36,668 bases of DNA from Acidimicrobiia bacterium (GTDB lineage: Bacteria > Actinomycetota > Acidimicrobiia > Spongiisociales > ZC4RG35): contig JARDZU010000003.1 of the NCBI GenBank assembly GCA_029240695.1, positions 1 to 36,668 of the forward strand, in the 5' to 3' direction. The translations under genes and the position numbers were made by a program. The notes beneath the pieces are model-generated. The model was given only the letters and a program-made list of their open reading frames with translations, did no database searches and had not been told where the DNA came from. Shown here in pieces: positions 17,055 through 26,669 of the stretch; position 1 is the stretch's first letter; the number at the start of each line of letters is the position of its first letter.

Positions 17055-18351
17055 TGCGCCTCAACATCCTGCCAGCAATGGGGCCGACGCTCGTCCCGTC
17101 GAAGACAGTGACACCTGCGAGGATGGTCGTCACGACCGAACCACGAAGTGACATCCCCTCGTAAGGAGTCATGGGGTGACGATGTTCGAGGTCGCCCCCC
17201 CGGACGCGGGTGACGCCGTCAGGATCCCAGACAACGAAGTCGGCATCCATCCCGACCTCGATCGAGCCCTTGCGATCGTCGAGCCCGGCTAGGCGCGCCG
17301 GCTCGAGGGCCAACCATCGAGTCAGCTGCGGCAGCTCGATCTCACGCTCCACCGCCCCAGTCCACGTTGCGGGCAAGCGCAGCTGTAGTGAGCCGATACC
17401 TCCCCAGGCCTCACCGAAGTCCCCATCGTCGAGACGCTTGACCTCGGCCGGGGCCGGAGAGTGATCGGAGACGATCATGTCCAGGCTCCCATCCATCAGA
17501 CCATCCCACAGGGCGTCGCGGTGCTCGGCGGCCCGAATCGGTGGGGCGCATTTGAACGAGGTGGCGCCGGCGCCGATTTCTTCGGCGCAAAACGTCAGAT
17601 AGTGGGGGCATGTCTCCCCAGTGAGCGAACCGGGCCCATCGGCCACCGCTCTCATCGCCTCGGCCGACGACACGTGAAGCACGTGAACCCTGGCCCCGGT
17701 GGCCCGGGCCAGATCTGCGACCGTGGTGACCGCGGCGGCCTCGCCGTCGGCTGGACGGGTCTCCAGATACGACTGGTAGTCGGTCGGATCGCCCGATAGT
17801 CGGAGGATCCGGGTCGGGTCCTCGGCGTGCACGAGTGAGGGAACCTCGAGCTCCCGCATGAGGGGGAGGGCAGAGGCGAGCTCAGAGGGGCTCACCAGCG
17901 GGAACTCCTCGACTCCCGAGTCGACCAGGAACGACTTGAAGCCACAGACGCCCTCGGCCACGAGAGGGCCGATCTGATCTTCGGATCCCGGGATGAGGCC
18001 TCCCCAGAAGGCCACGTCGGCACTCAGCTTCCCCTCGGCCGCGGCTCGCTTCTTCGACAAGGCGCGGACGTTGACTGTCGGTGGAATCGAATTTAGAGGC
18101 ATGTCGACGATCGTCGTCGTCCCCCCGGCGACTGCGGCTCGTGTCGCCGTCTTGAACCCCTCCCATTCGGACCTACCCGGCTCGTTGACATGGACGTGAG
18201 AATCGACCAGTCCGGGCATCACGACCAGGTCGCCGAAGTCGACCTCGGCCCGGCCCTCACCGATATCGACGATCACGCCCTGGTCGATCCGTATCGATGC
18301 CGGGCGCACCTCCTCGCCCAACACCACCCGGTTGCTGCCGATTATCGACAT
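17035..18351 (-). CDS. allB: Allantoinase
   Basis: PGLVDSHVHVNEPGRSEWEGF, AGGTTTIVDMPLNSIP, GFKSFL..SGVEEF, ETCPHYL, FKCAPPIR, SDHSP, AWGGI. Start ATG 18351 (alternative TTG 18360). Confidence 0.95.
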   Translation of the reverse strand: MSIIGSNRVVLGEEVRPASIRIDQGVIVDIGEGRAEVDFGDLVVMPGLVDSHVHVNEPGRSEWEGFKTATRAAVAGGTTTIVDMPLNSIPPTVNVRALSKKRAAAEGKLSADVAFWGGLIPGSEDQIGPLVAEGVCGFKSFLVDSGVEEFPLVSPSELASALPLMRELEVPSLVHAEDPTRILRLSGDPTDYQSYLETRPADGEAAAVTTVADLARATGARVHVLHVSSAEAMRAVADGPGSLTGETCPHYLTFCAEEIGAGATSFKCAPPIRAAEHRDALWDGLMDGSLDMIVSDHSPAPAEVKRLDDGDFGEAWGGIGSLQLRLPATWTGAVEREIELPQLTRWLALEPARLAGLDDRKGSIEVGMDADFVVWDPDGVTRVRGGDLEHRHPMTPYEGMSLRGSVVTTILAGVTVFDGTSVGPIAGRMLRRNDRSDI

Positions 18352-18450
18352 CGGTGGCAAAAGTTACCGGTGCAGCCTTCCTTTCTTGCCGTCCCGACGA
18401 ACGAGGTGGTAAGTAGCGTGATCGCCGTCGCCCAGCCCAAAGGAGTCGCC

Positions 18451-18978
18451 ATGGAGTCGGTGAGTAGCAGCCCGCCGGATCGGACCATCAACTACGCCTT
18501 CATTCTCGGCGGTGTCACCGCCCTGATCTTCGGGATCATCCTCCTCGTCCGCCAGGAAGAGGCATTGGCCCTGCTTATGGTGGTCCTGGGATTGTGGTGG
18601 CTCATACAGGGCGCCTTCATGATCTTCGCAGTCTTTGTCGACCGCACCGACATGTGGTGGAAGCTGATAATCGGCGTCTTGGGCGTCGTGGCCGGCTTCC
18701 TCGTCCTGACCAACCCCGGCGAGGCCGCCGATGTGTTCCAAGGGGTCATTGGCGTCATTCTCGGCATTATCGGAATCGCGGTGGGAGTGACCGCCCTCAT
18801 CGGCTCCTTCCGAGGCGGTGGCGTCGGTGCCTTCGTGTTCGGGGCCGTCAGTGTCCTTATCGGCCTCCTCATCCTGTTCAACGCCCAGTTCTCCACAGAG
18901 CTCCTGATAACCCTGTTCGCCGTCCTCCTTCTCATCGACGGTGTGGCCGGTATCTATCTGGGCATCAAGAACCGGTAG
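18451..18978 (+). CDS. HdeD / DUF308 family membrane protein
   Basis: Six hydrophobic helices in repeated G..LIFG.ILL hairpins. AAGGAG RBS before ATG 18451. Confidence 0.8.
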   Translation: MESVSSSPPDRTINYAFILGGVTALIFGIILLVRQEEALALLMVVLGLWWLIQGAFMIFAVFVDRTDMWWKLIIGVLGVVAGFLVLTNPGEAADVFQGVIGVILGIIGIAVGVTALIGSFRGGGVGAFVFGAVSVLIGLLILFNAQFSTELLITLFAVLLLIDGVAGIYLGIKNR

Positions 18979-18991
18979 CGACGACCGCATT

Positions 18992-19032
18992 CCGTTGCAG
19001 GGCGTCACTGATAGATGACGCCCTGCATTCGG
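18992..19032. terminator. Strong hairpin (terminator or REP-like element)
   Basis: Perfect 12-bp stem TGCAGGGCGTCA (18996-19007) / TGACGCCCTGCA (19016-19027), 8-nt loop, followed by TTCGGTTT. Confidence 0.6.
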
Positions 19033-19076
19033 TTTGGCCACTTCTACCGGCGCCAACGAGCCGGTAGCATCCTCCG

Positions 19077-20360
19077 ATGTCCGATTTCCTGAGCAGACAC
19101 AACGACGTTCTCGCCCCCGTGCTCGCCTTCGACACGGATATCCACGCCGCCAAGGCCGAGGGGATCTGGATCACCGACGTCGACGGGAAACGCTGGGCGG
19201 ACTTCGCCTGCGGAACCGCAGTGACCAACCTGGGCCACAATCACCCGGCAGTGCTCGAGGCGGCACATCGTCAGCTGGGCTCCCTGGTGCACTCGGGCTG
19301 CATCGTCCGCTATGACTCGATCGTCGAGGCCGCCGAGCGTCTGCGGGCAATCACGCCACCCGGAATCGAGAAGTTCAGCTTCGCCAACTCCGGCGCCGAG
19401 GCGGTCGAAGCGGCGGTGAAACTGGCCAAGCACACCACGGGCAGACAGGGCGTCATCGCATTCCGGGGTGCGTTCCACGGCCGCACCATGGGGTCGGTCA
19501 CCTACACGACCTCGAATGCGAAATACCGGGATGGATATCACCCGGTGCTCGGCTCGGTGTTCGTGACCCCCTATCCCCACCCTTACCGATGGGGCATGAC
19601 CGAGGACGAGGCCACCGATCTCTCCCTCAACGAGTTGCGGATGATGTTCAAGCACGTGGTGACACCGAAGAACATCGCCTGCATTCTCATCGAGCCGGTC
19701 CAGGGCGAGGGTGGCTATTACCCGGCGCCGGCTCGCTTCCTCGATGCTCTGCGTGAGATGGCGGACGAGCACGGGATCAAGCTGCTCTACGACGAGGTGC
19801 AGTCCGGTTTCGGGCGGACGGCCGAGTGGTTCGCCTTAGATCACTACGACGCCAAGCCGGACATCATGGCCATGGGCAAGGGAATCGCCAACGGTCTCCC
19901 CCTCTCGGCTTACGGCTCCTCGCGGGAGACGATCGATGCCTGGCCCAGGGGCGCGCACGGCACTACATACGGCGGCAACCCGGTCTCGACCGCGGCCTCT
20001 GTGGCGGTGATCGATACGATGGAGGGCCTCCTCCCCCACGCGCGTGAGCTGTCGAAGCGCGCCTTCGAGCGATTCAGCGAGATGGCGGACAGTCATCCCA
20101 CGATCGGAGACGTCCGCGGCCTCGGCCTCATGATCGGCGTTGAGCTGGTGACCGATCGGGAGAGCCGCACCCCGGACGCCAAAGCCTTCAGCCACGTCGA
20201 GAAACACGCCTTCGATCGTGAGCTGATCATCATCAACTGTGGCCCGGATGCAAACGTCATTCGCTTCATCCCTCCGTTGATCACGACCCGGGAGGAGCTG
20301 GACTGGTCCCTCGATCTGGTCGACGAGGGTCTCACCAGCTGGGAAAGCCAGGACCGCTGA
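19077..20360 (+). CDS. Class III PLP aminotransferase (GabT / 4-aminobutyrate transaminase-like)
   Basis: NSGAEAVEAAVK, AFHGRT, IEPVQGEGGY, DEVQSGFGRT, MGKGIANG (PLP Lys), HGTTYGGNP. Confidence 0.9.
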   Translation: MSDFLSRHNDVLAPVLAFDTDIHAAKAEGIWITDVDGKRWADFACGTAVTNLGHNHPAVLEAAHRQLGSLVHSGCIVRYDSIVEAAERLRAITPPGIEKFSFANSGAEAVEAAVKLAKHTTGRQGVIAFRGAFHGRTMGSVTYTTSNAKYRDGYHPVLGSVFVTPYPHPYRWGMTEDEATDLSLNELRMMFKHVVTPKNIACILIEPVQGEGGYYPAPARFLDALREMADEHGIKLLYDEVQSGFGRTAEWFALDHYDAKPDIMAMGKGIANGLPLSAYGSSRETIDAWPRGAHGTTYGGNPVSTAASVAVIDTMEGLLPHARELSKRAFERFSEMADSHPTIGDVRGLGLMIGVELVTDRESRTPDAKAFSHVEKHAFDRELIIINCGPDANVIRFIPPLITTREELDWSLDLVDEGLTSWESQDR

Positions 20361-21145
20361 ACCGCAGCCGGCTGCTCCTGATCGCAGCCGTCATCGGCTT
20401 GACGGGCCTGGTGTTGCTGTTGCTCCAACTCGATTCGAGGCCGACTTCAACTACGTTTGCTGCCGCCGTCACGACCAGCGTCGCGCCATCCTCCACCTCC
20501 TCGACCACCACCACAACGACATCGACGACCACGACGGGCCCGACCACTACAACAGCCGCCGCGATCACGACTCTCTCGACGCCGGTCTTCCAGTCATCCA
20601 TCGGCCCGGTAGGCGCAGCCGATCTCCCCTCCTCATGGCGTGAGGGCTGCCCGCTGGAAGTGGAATCTCTCCGGGCGGTGGACGTCTCCCATATCGGTTA
20701 CGACGGCGAGGTGCACACCGGGAGGCTGATCGTCGCCGGCGAAGTGGCAGAGGACATCGTCGAAATCATGTCCCGGCTGTTCGAGGCACGCTTCCCGATC
20801 GAGCGCATCGAACCCGTCGATGTCTACGAGGGCGAAGACGACCTGAGCATGGCAGCCAACAACACGAGCGCATTCAATTGCCGACCGGTTACAGGCGGAT
20901 CGTCGTGGTCAGAGCATTCCTATGGGAGTGCCATCGACTTGAACCCCCTTGTCAACCCGTATGTCGCGGGGAAAACAGTCTTGCCTCCCGAAGGCGCCGT
21001 CTACGCCGATCGCAGCCTCGATGCGCCGGGCATGATCCACGATGGTGACGTGGTGGTGGAAGCCTTCGCCGCCTACGGGTGGATATGGGGCGGGACCTGG
21101 TCCTCGCCCAAGGACTACCAGCATTTCTCCACGTCAGGCAGGTGA
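20357..21145 (+). CDS. Membrane-anchored M15 family metallopeptidase (D-Ala-D-Ala carboxypeptidase-like) with Thr-rich linker
   Basis: SWREGCP, NNTSAFNCR, S.HSYG.AIDLNP..NPY, GW.WGG.W...KDYQHF. Start uncertain: CTG 20357 proposed, first canonical start is TTG 20399. Confidence 0.85.
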   Translation: MNRSRLLLIAAVIGLTGLVLLLLQLDSRPTSTTFAAAVTTSVAPSSTSSTTTTTTSTTTTGPTTTTAAAITTLSTPVFQSSIGPVGAADLPSSWREGCPLEVESLRAVDVSHIGYDGEVHTGRLIVAGEVAEDIVEIMSRLFEARFPIERIEPVDVYEGEDDLSMAANNTSAFNCRPVTGGSSWSEHSYGSAIDLNPLVNPYVAGKTVLPPEGAVYADRSLDAPGMIHDGDVVVEAFAAYGWIWGGTWSSPKDYQHFSTSGR

Positions 21146-21151
21146 GGACGT

Positions 21152-21907
21152 CTAAGTGCCGCCGGCGAAGAACTCCAGGGCAGTCTTGGTCTTGGTTTGC
21201 TGCTCTCCCGACACATCGACACCTTTGCTCTCTAGGAACGCCCGCCATTCCACCGCGGTCTGAAAAGCCTCGGACGGTGATGTCTTGGTCGACAACTCGA
21301 CGACCTGCGAACCGTCGGGATAGAGCCACAGCTCGCCGACTATCGGGTGCTTGAACCCTTTCGACTGGAACTTGACCCTCAAGGTGGGGATCGGTCCCAG
21401 CACCTGGAGATCCTCGAGAGCAGGGCCGTTCGCCGCGTGGTCCGCGAAGAAGGCGCGCTGACGCTTGGAGAAGAGCTTGCGCGCCGAACGTCCACCTGCG
21501 GCAACCTGCTTTATCTCTTCATTGTCAGCCGAGCCTTTGTAGGACGCCGAGCAGACATAGCCGCCTGGCATCGCGTCAACCTCCACGCCGAACCTCTTAT
21601 CGGCCCGAAGGTTGTCAGAGATCTCGGCGGGGTCCACAGGCCGGATCTTGACTACGGTGTCGCCCTTCTCACCCTGACGGCGGCGGGCCCGCACCACGAC
21701 ACCGGCCTCGTTGAGAGCTAGGTCCTTCGTGTCCAGGAAGAACACCTGGCGAAGCTGGGCATCCAGGGGATCGATGCCCAGTGCCTGAGCCACCCCGGCT
21801 CGCTTCGTCTCGACCAGGGTGAGCTTCAATTCGACGCTATCGGCCCCGGAGACGACATCGAGCACCTGCTGCAGCTCTTCTCCGGACATGTCGGACAATC
21901 GGGTCAT
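21152..21907 (-). CDS. CYTH-like (triphosphate tunnel metalloenzyme) family protein
   Basis: SVELKL near the N-terminus, FFLDT.DL.L...GVVVRARR, TVVKIRP, ELW...DG...VELSTK pattern. Confidence 0.65.
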   Translation of the reverse strand: MTRLSDMSGEELQQVLDVVSGADSVELKLTLVETKRAGVAQALGIDPLDAQLRQVFFLDTKDLALNEAGVVVRARRRQGEKGDTVVKIRPVDPAEISDNLRADKRFGVEVDAMPGGYVCSASYKGSADNEEIKQVAAGGRSARKLFSKRQRAFFADHAANGPALEDLQVLGPIPTLRVKFQSKGFKHPIVGELWLYPDGSQVVELSTKTSPSEAFQTAVEWRAFLESKGVDVSGEQQTKTKTALEFFAGGT

Positions 21908-21935
21908 CTCTTTCCTCTATCTCAGGAACGCCGCT

Positions 21936-23294
21936 TCAGCCGGCCACCACCGGCACGCGCTCCATGGCGGCGGCGATGCGCTCCGCAGGGTATTCGTAGT
22001 CGATGAGGGTGCCGCCCAGGTATTCCTGGTAGGCGGCCATGTCGAAATGGCCGTGGCCGGAGAGGTTGAAGACAATCACCTTCTCCGCGCCTGCCTCCTT
22101 GGCCTTTTCCGCCTCGATCATCGCCGAGGCCACGGCATGGGCGGGCTCGGGACCAGGGATGATCCCCTCGGCCCGGGCGAACAGCACGGCGCGGCCAAAG
22201 GCCTCCGTCTGATGGAGGGACTCGGCCTCGATGATCCCTTCCTCCTTGAGCAGCGATACAAGCGGCGCCATCCCGTGATAGCGAAGACCGCCGGCGTGTA
22301 TCGGGTCGGGTACGAAGTCGTGGCCGAGGGTGTGCATCTTCACCAGGGGCGTCATCCCGACCGTGTCCCCGAAGTCGAACTGATAGTTGCCCCGGGTCAA
22401 GGATGGCGCCGCCGCCGGCTCGACGGCTCGAATCACGGGGTCCATCTTCCCTGCCAGCTTCTCCCTGACGAAGGGGAAGCTGAATCCAGCGAAGTTGGAA
22501 CCGCCCCCCGCGCAGGCGATGATGACATCGGGCGTCTCCTCGACCAGGGCGAGTTGCTTGAGGGCCTCCTCGCCGATCACCGTCTGATGCATCAAGACGT
22601 GGTTGAGCACGGAGCCGAGGGAGTATTTGGTGTCATCATCGGTGGCCGCCACCTCGACCGCCTCGGAGATTGCGATCCCAAGGCTGCCGGGCGTATCGGG
22701 ATCGGCCTCACGGATGGAGCGGCCGGCCTGCGTCAGCTCCGAAGGCGAGGAGTGGACTGTGGCGCCCCAGGTCTCGATCATCGCCTTGCGATACGGCTTC
22801 TGATCAAACGAGGATCGGACCATGAAAACCTCGCATTCAAGGCCAAAGAGGGCGCAGGCAAAGGAGAGTGCCGAGCCCCACTGTCCGGCGCCGGTCTCCG
22901 TGGAGAGCTTCTTCACCCCTGCCTTGGCGTTGTAGTAGGCCTGGGCAACAGCTGTGTTCGGCTTGTGCGAGCCAGCCGGGCTGACTCCCTCGTACTTGTA
23001 ATAGATGCGAGCCGGGCCGTCGATCAGCTTCTCCAGGTTGTGGGCGCGATACATAGGGGTAGGGCGCCACAGCCGGTAAATCTCGCGGATTTCTTCAGGG
23101 ATCTCGATGAATCGCTCGCTGCTCACTTCCTGCAGGATGAGATCCATGGGGAACAAGGGGGCGAGATCATCGGGGCCGACCGGTTCATGGGTCCCCGGAT
23201 GCAGCACGGGCGGAGGGGGCACCGGCAGATCGGGGACGACGTTGTACCAGTGAGAAGGAAGGTCGGTCTCCGGCAAGGTGATCTTCGTGAGCAT
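21936..23294 (-). CDS. TrpB-like PLP enzyme (TrpB2, stand-alone tryptophan synthase beta type 2)
   Basis: [60 protein letters not shown]. Confidence 0.93.
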   Translation of the reverse strand: MLTKITLPETDLPSHWYNVVPDLPVPPPPVLHPGTHEPVGPDDLAPLFPMDLILQEVSSERFIEIPEEIREIYRLWRPTPMYRAHNLEKLIDGPARIYYKYEGVSPAGSHKPNTAVAQAYYNAKAGVKKLSTETGAGQWGSALSFACALFGLECEVFMVRSSFDQKPYRKAMIETWGATVHSSPSELTQAGRSIREADPDTPGSLGIAISEAVEVAATDDDTKYSLGSVLNHVLMHQTVIGEEALKQLALVEETPDVIIACAGGGSNFAGFSFPFVREKLAGKMDPVIRAVEPAAAPSLTRGNYQFDFGDTVGMTPLVKMHTLGHDFVPDPIHAGGLRYHGMAPLVSLLKEEGIIEAESLHQTEAFGRAVLFARAEGIIPGPEPAHAVASAMIEAEKAKEAGAEKVIVFNLSGHGHFDMAAYQEYLGGTLIDYEYPAERIAAAMERVPVVAG

Positions 23295-23360
23295 GACCGA
23301 AAGCTACACAAATGCAGATCCCAGGTACCTTTGGGTCAGTCCCCGATCGGGAGGCCCCCG

Positions 23361-24188
23361 ATGACCACCCACCGCCTGATCAATCGTCGCATGGCGATTG
23401 CCGAAATGGGGAAGGCGGGTCTCGCCGTCGTCGTCTTCGGCACCGCGGCGTGCTCGGATGAAGGTGCCGGCGCCACAACCACGGCGCCTGGAACGTCTCC
23501 AACCACCACGGCCACTCCCGGCACGAACGCCACCGCCGCAGGATCGACAACCACGCTGGCGTCGACCACCACCACCGGGCCCGCCGCCACAACTGGCGGC
23601 GCCCCGACTTCCTTTCAGCGCGTGAACCTCCAGTTCGTCTCGGCCTACATCCTCTACCGGGGTGGGGAGGCAGCCCTGGTCGACACCGGGGTGGGAGGGA
23701 GCGCAGCCGCGATCCAGGCAGCCCTCGGCGAGGCCGGGCTGGATTGGGACGCTATCGGACACGTCATCCTCACCCACAAACACCCCGATCATGTCGGGAG
23801 CGTCGACGAAGTCATGACACAGGCGAGTGGTGCCACGCTGTACGCCGGGGCGGCTGACATCCCGGAGATCGGTTCTGCCACGGCTCCGCAGGCGGTTGGC
23901 GACGACGACAGCGTGTTCGACCTCGAAATCATTGACAGCCCCGGGCACACCCCCGGACACATCAGCGTCCTCGATGCAGCGACCGGGATCCTGGTCACCG
24001 GCGACGCCCTCAACGGAACGGGCGGCGGCGTGGGCCCTCCCGATCCGGGTTTCAGCGAGGACATGACCGTGGCCATGGAGTCTGTTCTCAAGCTCGGAGG
24101 CTTCGACTACGAAGTCGCCTTGTTCGGCCATGGCGAACCATTGCTGGAGGGCGCCTCCGCCGCGGTCGCAGCCCTGGCTGCGGGCTGA
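23361..24188 (+). CDS. Metallo-beta-lactamase-fold hydrolase, predicted Tat-like lipoprotein with Thr/Ala-rich linker
   Basis: GGAGG RBS. Signal has NRRMAI and lipobox TAAC. THKHPDHVG, PGHTPGH, GDAL, FGHG motifs. Confidence 0.85.
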   Translation: MTTHRLINRRMAIAEMGKAGLAVVVFGTAACSDEGAGATTTAPGTSPTTTATPGTNATAAGSTTTLASTTTTGPAATTGGAPTSFQRVNLQFVSAYILYRGGEAALVDTGVGGSAAAIQAALGEAGLDWDAIGHVILTHKHPDHVGSVDEVMTQASGATLYAGAADIPEIGSATAPQAVGDDDSVFDLEIIDSPGHTPGHISVLDAATGILVTGDALNGTGGGVGPPDPGFSEDMTVAMESVLKLGGFDYEVALFGHGEPLLEGASAAVAALAAG

Positions 24189-24227
24189 GCTCGGGCGGTC
24201 CTGCCCGCCCCCGCCTACGATCCGCCG

Positions 24228-24707
24228 ATGGATGAGCTCGGCGAGCTGGCCATCGGCCTGATAATCGTCGTCTCACTCTTCGGGATCGTCATCCCCATCA
24301 TTCCGGGCCTTGTGATGGAGGTAATCGCGATATTCCTGTGGGCCTTCGTGAAGGGTGGCGCAGGCGCATGGGCAGTCGCCATCGCCGCTCTGCTCCTTGC
24401 CGGCGTCGGAACTTTCATCAAGTACTCCATCCCCAAGCGAAGGCTAAATGAGGTCGGAATCCCCAATCGGACCCTATTGATCGCAACTGCAGTCGCCATC
24501 GTTGGCCTTTTCGTGATCCCGGTGGTGGGGGCGCCGATCGGTTTCGTCCTGACCATCTACGTCTTCGAACGAATCAGGGTGGGTGCGGAGCAAGCCTGGC
24601 CGGCCACCAAAACCAGCCTGGGGGCGATCGCAACCTCGATCGGGATCGAGCTCGCCACCGGGCTGATCATCGCTGCTATCTGGTTCGGAACGGTGTTGCT
24701 CGCCTAG
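24228..24707 (+). CDS. DUF456 (YqgC-like) membrane protein
   Basis: GIVIPIIPG, GLFVIPVVGAPIGF...IYVFE, AW pattern. Multiple TM helices. Confidence 0.8.
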   Translation: MDELGELAIGLIIVVSLFGIVIPIIPGLVMEVIAIFLWAFVKGGAGAWAVAIAALLLAGVGTFIKYSIPKRRLNEVGIPNRTLLIATAVAIVGLFVIPVVGAPIGFVLTIYVFERIRVGAEQAWPATKTSLGAIATSIGIELATGLIIAAIWFGTVLLA

Positions 24708-24713
24708 CGGGCC

Positions 24714-26663
24714 TCAGTCCTCTGTTGTTTCCGCTGCCTTTTCCGCGATCTCGTGAACGACGGCCTCGTTGGCCAGGGTGGTCACGTCGCCGAGCTGACG
24801 TTGTTCCGAGATGTCCTGAAGGAGGCGCCGCATGATCTTCCCCGATCGGGTCTTGGGAAGGTCGTCGGTGAAGACGATCGACTTGGGCTTGGCGATCGGC
24901 CCCAGTGTGTTGGCGACGTGGTCCCGCAGCTCCTGAATGAGATCCTCATCTCCTTCTACGCCGGAACGGAGGGTCACGAAGGCAGCGATGGCCTGACCAG
25001 TGACGTCATCGCGGCGGCCAACCACCGCTGCTTCAGCGACGGACACGTGGGAGACGAGCGCCGACTCGACCTCGGTCGTGGAGATGTTGTGACCCGAGAC
25101 CAGCATGATGTCGTCCACGCGTCCCAGTAGCCAGAAGTACCCGTCGAGATCGCGCTTGGCGCCGTCTCCAGGGAAATAGAGGCCGGGAAACCTCGACCAG
25201 TACGTGTCTGCGTAGCGTTGATCGTCCCCGTAGATGGTCCGGGCCATCGCCGGCCACGGCTTGGTGATGACCAGATAGCCCCCGCCGCCGAGCGGGACCG
25301 ACTCTCCGGCGTCGTCGACCACGTCGGCAAAGATGCCGGGGAAGGGGACCGTGGCAGACCCGGGCTTGGTGGCCACAACACCGGGAAGCGGGCTGATCAT
25401 GGCCGCCCCGGTCTCTGTTTGCCACCAGGTGTCGACGACAGGGCATCCGCCTCCACCAATCGTCTTCTGGTACCAGATCCATGCCTCGGGGTTGATCGGC
25501 TCTCCGACAGTCCCGATCAGTCGCAACGAGCTGAGGTCGTGCTTGGTCACGTGCTCGTCACCCCATTTCATGAACGTGCGGATCGCCGTGGGTGCGGTGT
25601 AGAAGATGGTGACCCCGTACTCCTCGATGATCTGCCACAGACGATCGAGATCAGGGAAATTGGGGGCGCCCTCGTACATGACGCTCGTCGCCCGGTTCGA
25701 GAGCGGGCCGTAGACGATGTAGCTGTGACCGGTGACCCATCCGATGTCGGCGCCGCACCAATAGACATCAGTGTCGGGCTCGTGATCGAAGATGTAATGG
25801 TGGGTGGTGACGATCCCGGTCAGATAACCGCCCTGGGTGTGGACGATCCCCTTCGGGCGCCCCGTCGTGCCCGAGGTGTAGAGAATGTACAGGGGGTCTT
25901 CTGCGCCCAGGACTGCCGGCTCACATTCGTCCGATTGCCCGTCGACGAGGTCGTGCCACCACATATCCCGACCCTCGGTCATGTCGACTCCGTGGTCGGT
26001 CCGCTTCAGGACGACGACGTGGCTGACATCCGGAGTGCTGGCCAGGGCCACGTCGGCGTTGGCCTTGAGCTGGACCACGTTTCCGGCGCGCCACGCGCCG
26101 TCCTGGGTGATGACCACCCGGGCCTCGGCGTCGAGGATCCGGCTGGATAGGGCGTCCGAGGAGAACCCGCCGAACACAACCGAGTGAACCAGACCGAGTC
26201 GAGCGCAGGCCAGCATGGCGATGGGGAGCTCGGGGACCATGCCCATGTAGATGGCGACCCGGTCGCCTTTCGCCAAGCCGAGGCTGAGAAGCCCGTTCGC
26301 GAAACGGCACACCTCTGAGTGGAGGTCCCGGTACGTCAGCGTGCGTTTATCGCCGGGCTCACCGACCCAGTGATATGCAACCTGGTCGCCGTGCTCGCCG
26401 AGATGACGATCGAGGCAGTTGAAGGAGATGTTGAGCTCGCCGTCGGCGAACCACTCGAAGAAGGGCGGGTTGGAGTCGTCCAGGACCTGAGTCGGTTCCT
26501 TGTGCCACGTGATGCGCTGCAGGGCCTGGCGATGCCAGAAGTCGAGATAGTCGTCCGCTGCATCCTCATGGATCCCCGGCTTGGCCTTTGCTTTGGCTGC
26601 GAATCCGGGCGACGGCTCGAACTTGCGGTCTTCAGTGAGCAGGTTCTCCAGGGCCTGGGACAT
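24714..26663 (-). CDS. acs: Acetyl-CoA synthetase (AMP-forming)
   Basis: [62 protein letters not shown]. Confidence 0.97.
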   Translation of the reverse strand: MSQALENLLTEDRKFEPSPGFAAKAKAKPGIHEDAADDYLDFWHRQALQRITWHKEPTQVLDDSNPPFFEWFADGELNISFNCLDRHLGEHGDQVAYHWVGEPGDKRTLTYRDLHSEVCRFANGLLSLGLAKGDRVAIYMGMVPELPIAMLACARLGLVHSVVFGGFSSDALSSRILDAEARVVITQDGAWRAGNVVQLKANADVALASTPDVSHVVVLKRTDHGVDMTEGRDMWWHDLVDGQSDECEPAVLGAEDPLYILYTSGTTGRPKGIVHTQGGYLTGIVTTHHYIFDHEPDTDVYWCGADIGWVTGHSYIVYGPLSNRATSVMYEGAPNFPDLDRLWQIIEEYGVTIFYTAPTAIRTFMKWGDEHVTKHDLSSLRLIGTVGEPINPEAWIWYQKTIGGGGCPVVDTWWQTETGAAMISPLPGVVATKPGSATVPFPGIFADVVDDAGESVPLGGGGYLVITKPWPAMARTIYGDDQRYADTYWSRFPGLYFPGDGAKRDLDGYFWLLGRVDDIMLVSGHNISTTEVESALVSHVSVAEAAVVGRRDDVTGQAIAAFVTLRSGVEGDEDLIQELRDHVANTLGPIAKPKSIVFTDDLPKTRSGKIMRRLLQDISEQRQLGDVTTLANEAVVHEIAEKAAETTED

Positions 26664-26669
26664 CGATTC

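Noticed and set aside
21819-24188. 789-aa plus-strand ORF appearing to be a large fusion ending in an MBL domain
   Set aside because: The first ~510 codons are the antisense shadow of trpB2 and the CYTH gene. The real gene starts at ATG 23361 with a GGAGG RBS and signal peptide.
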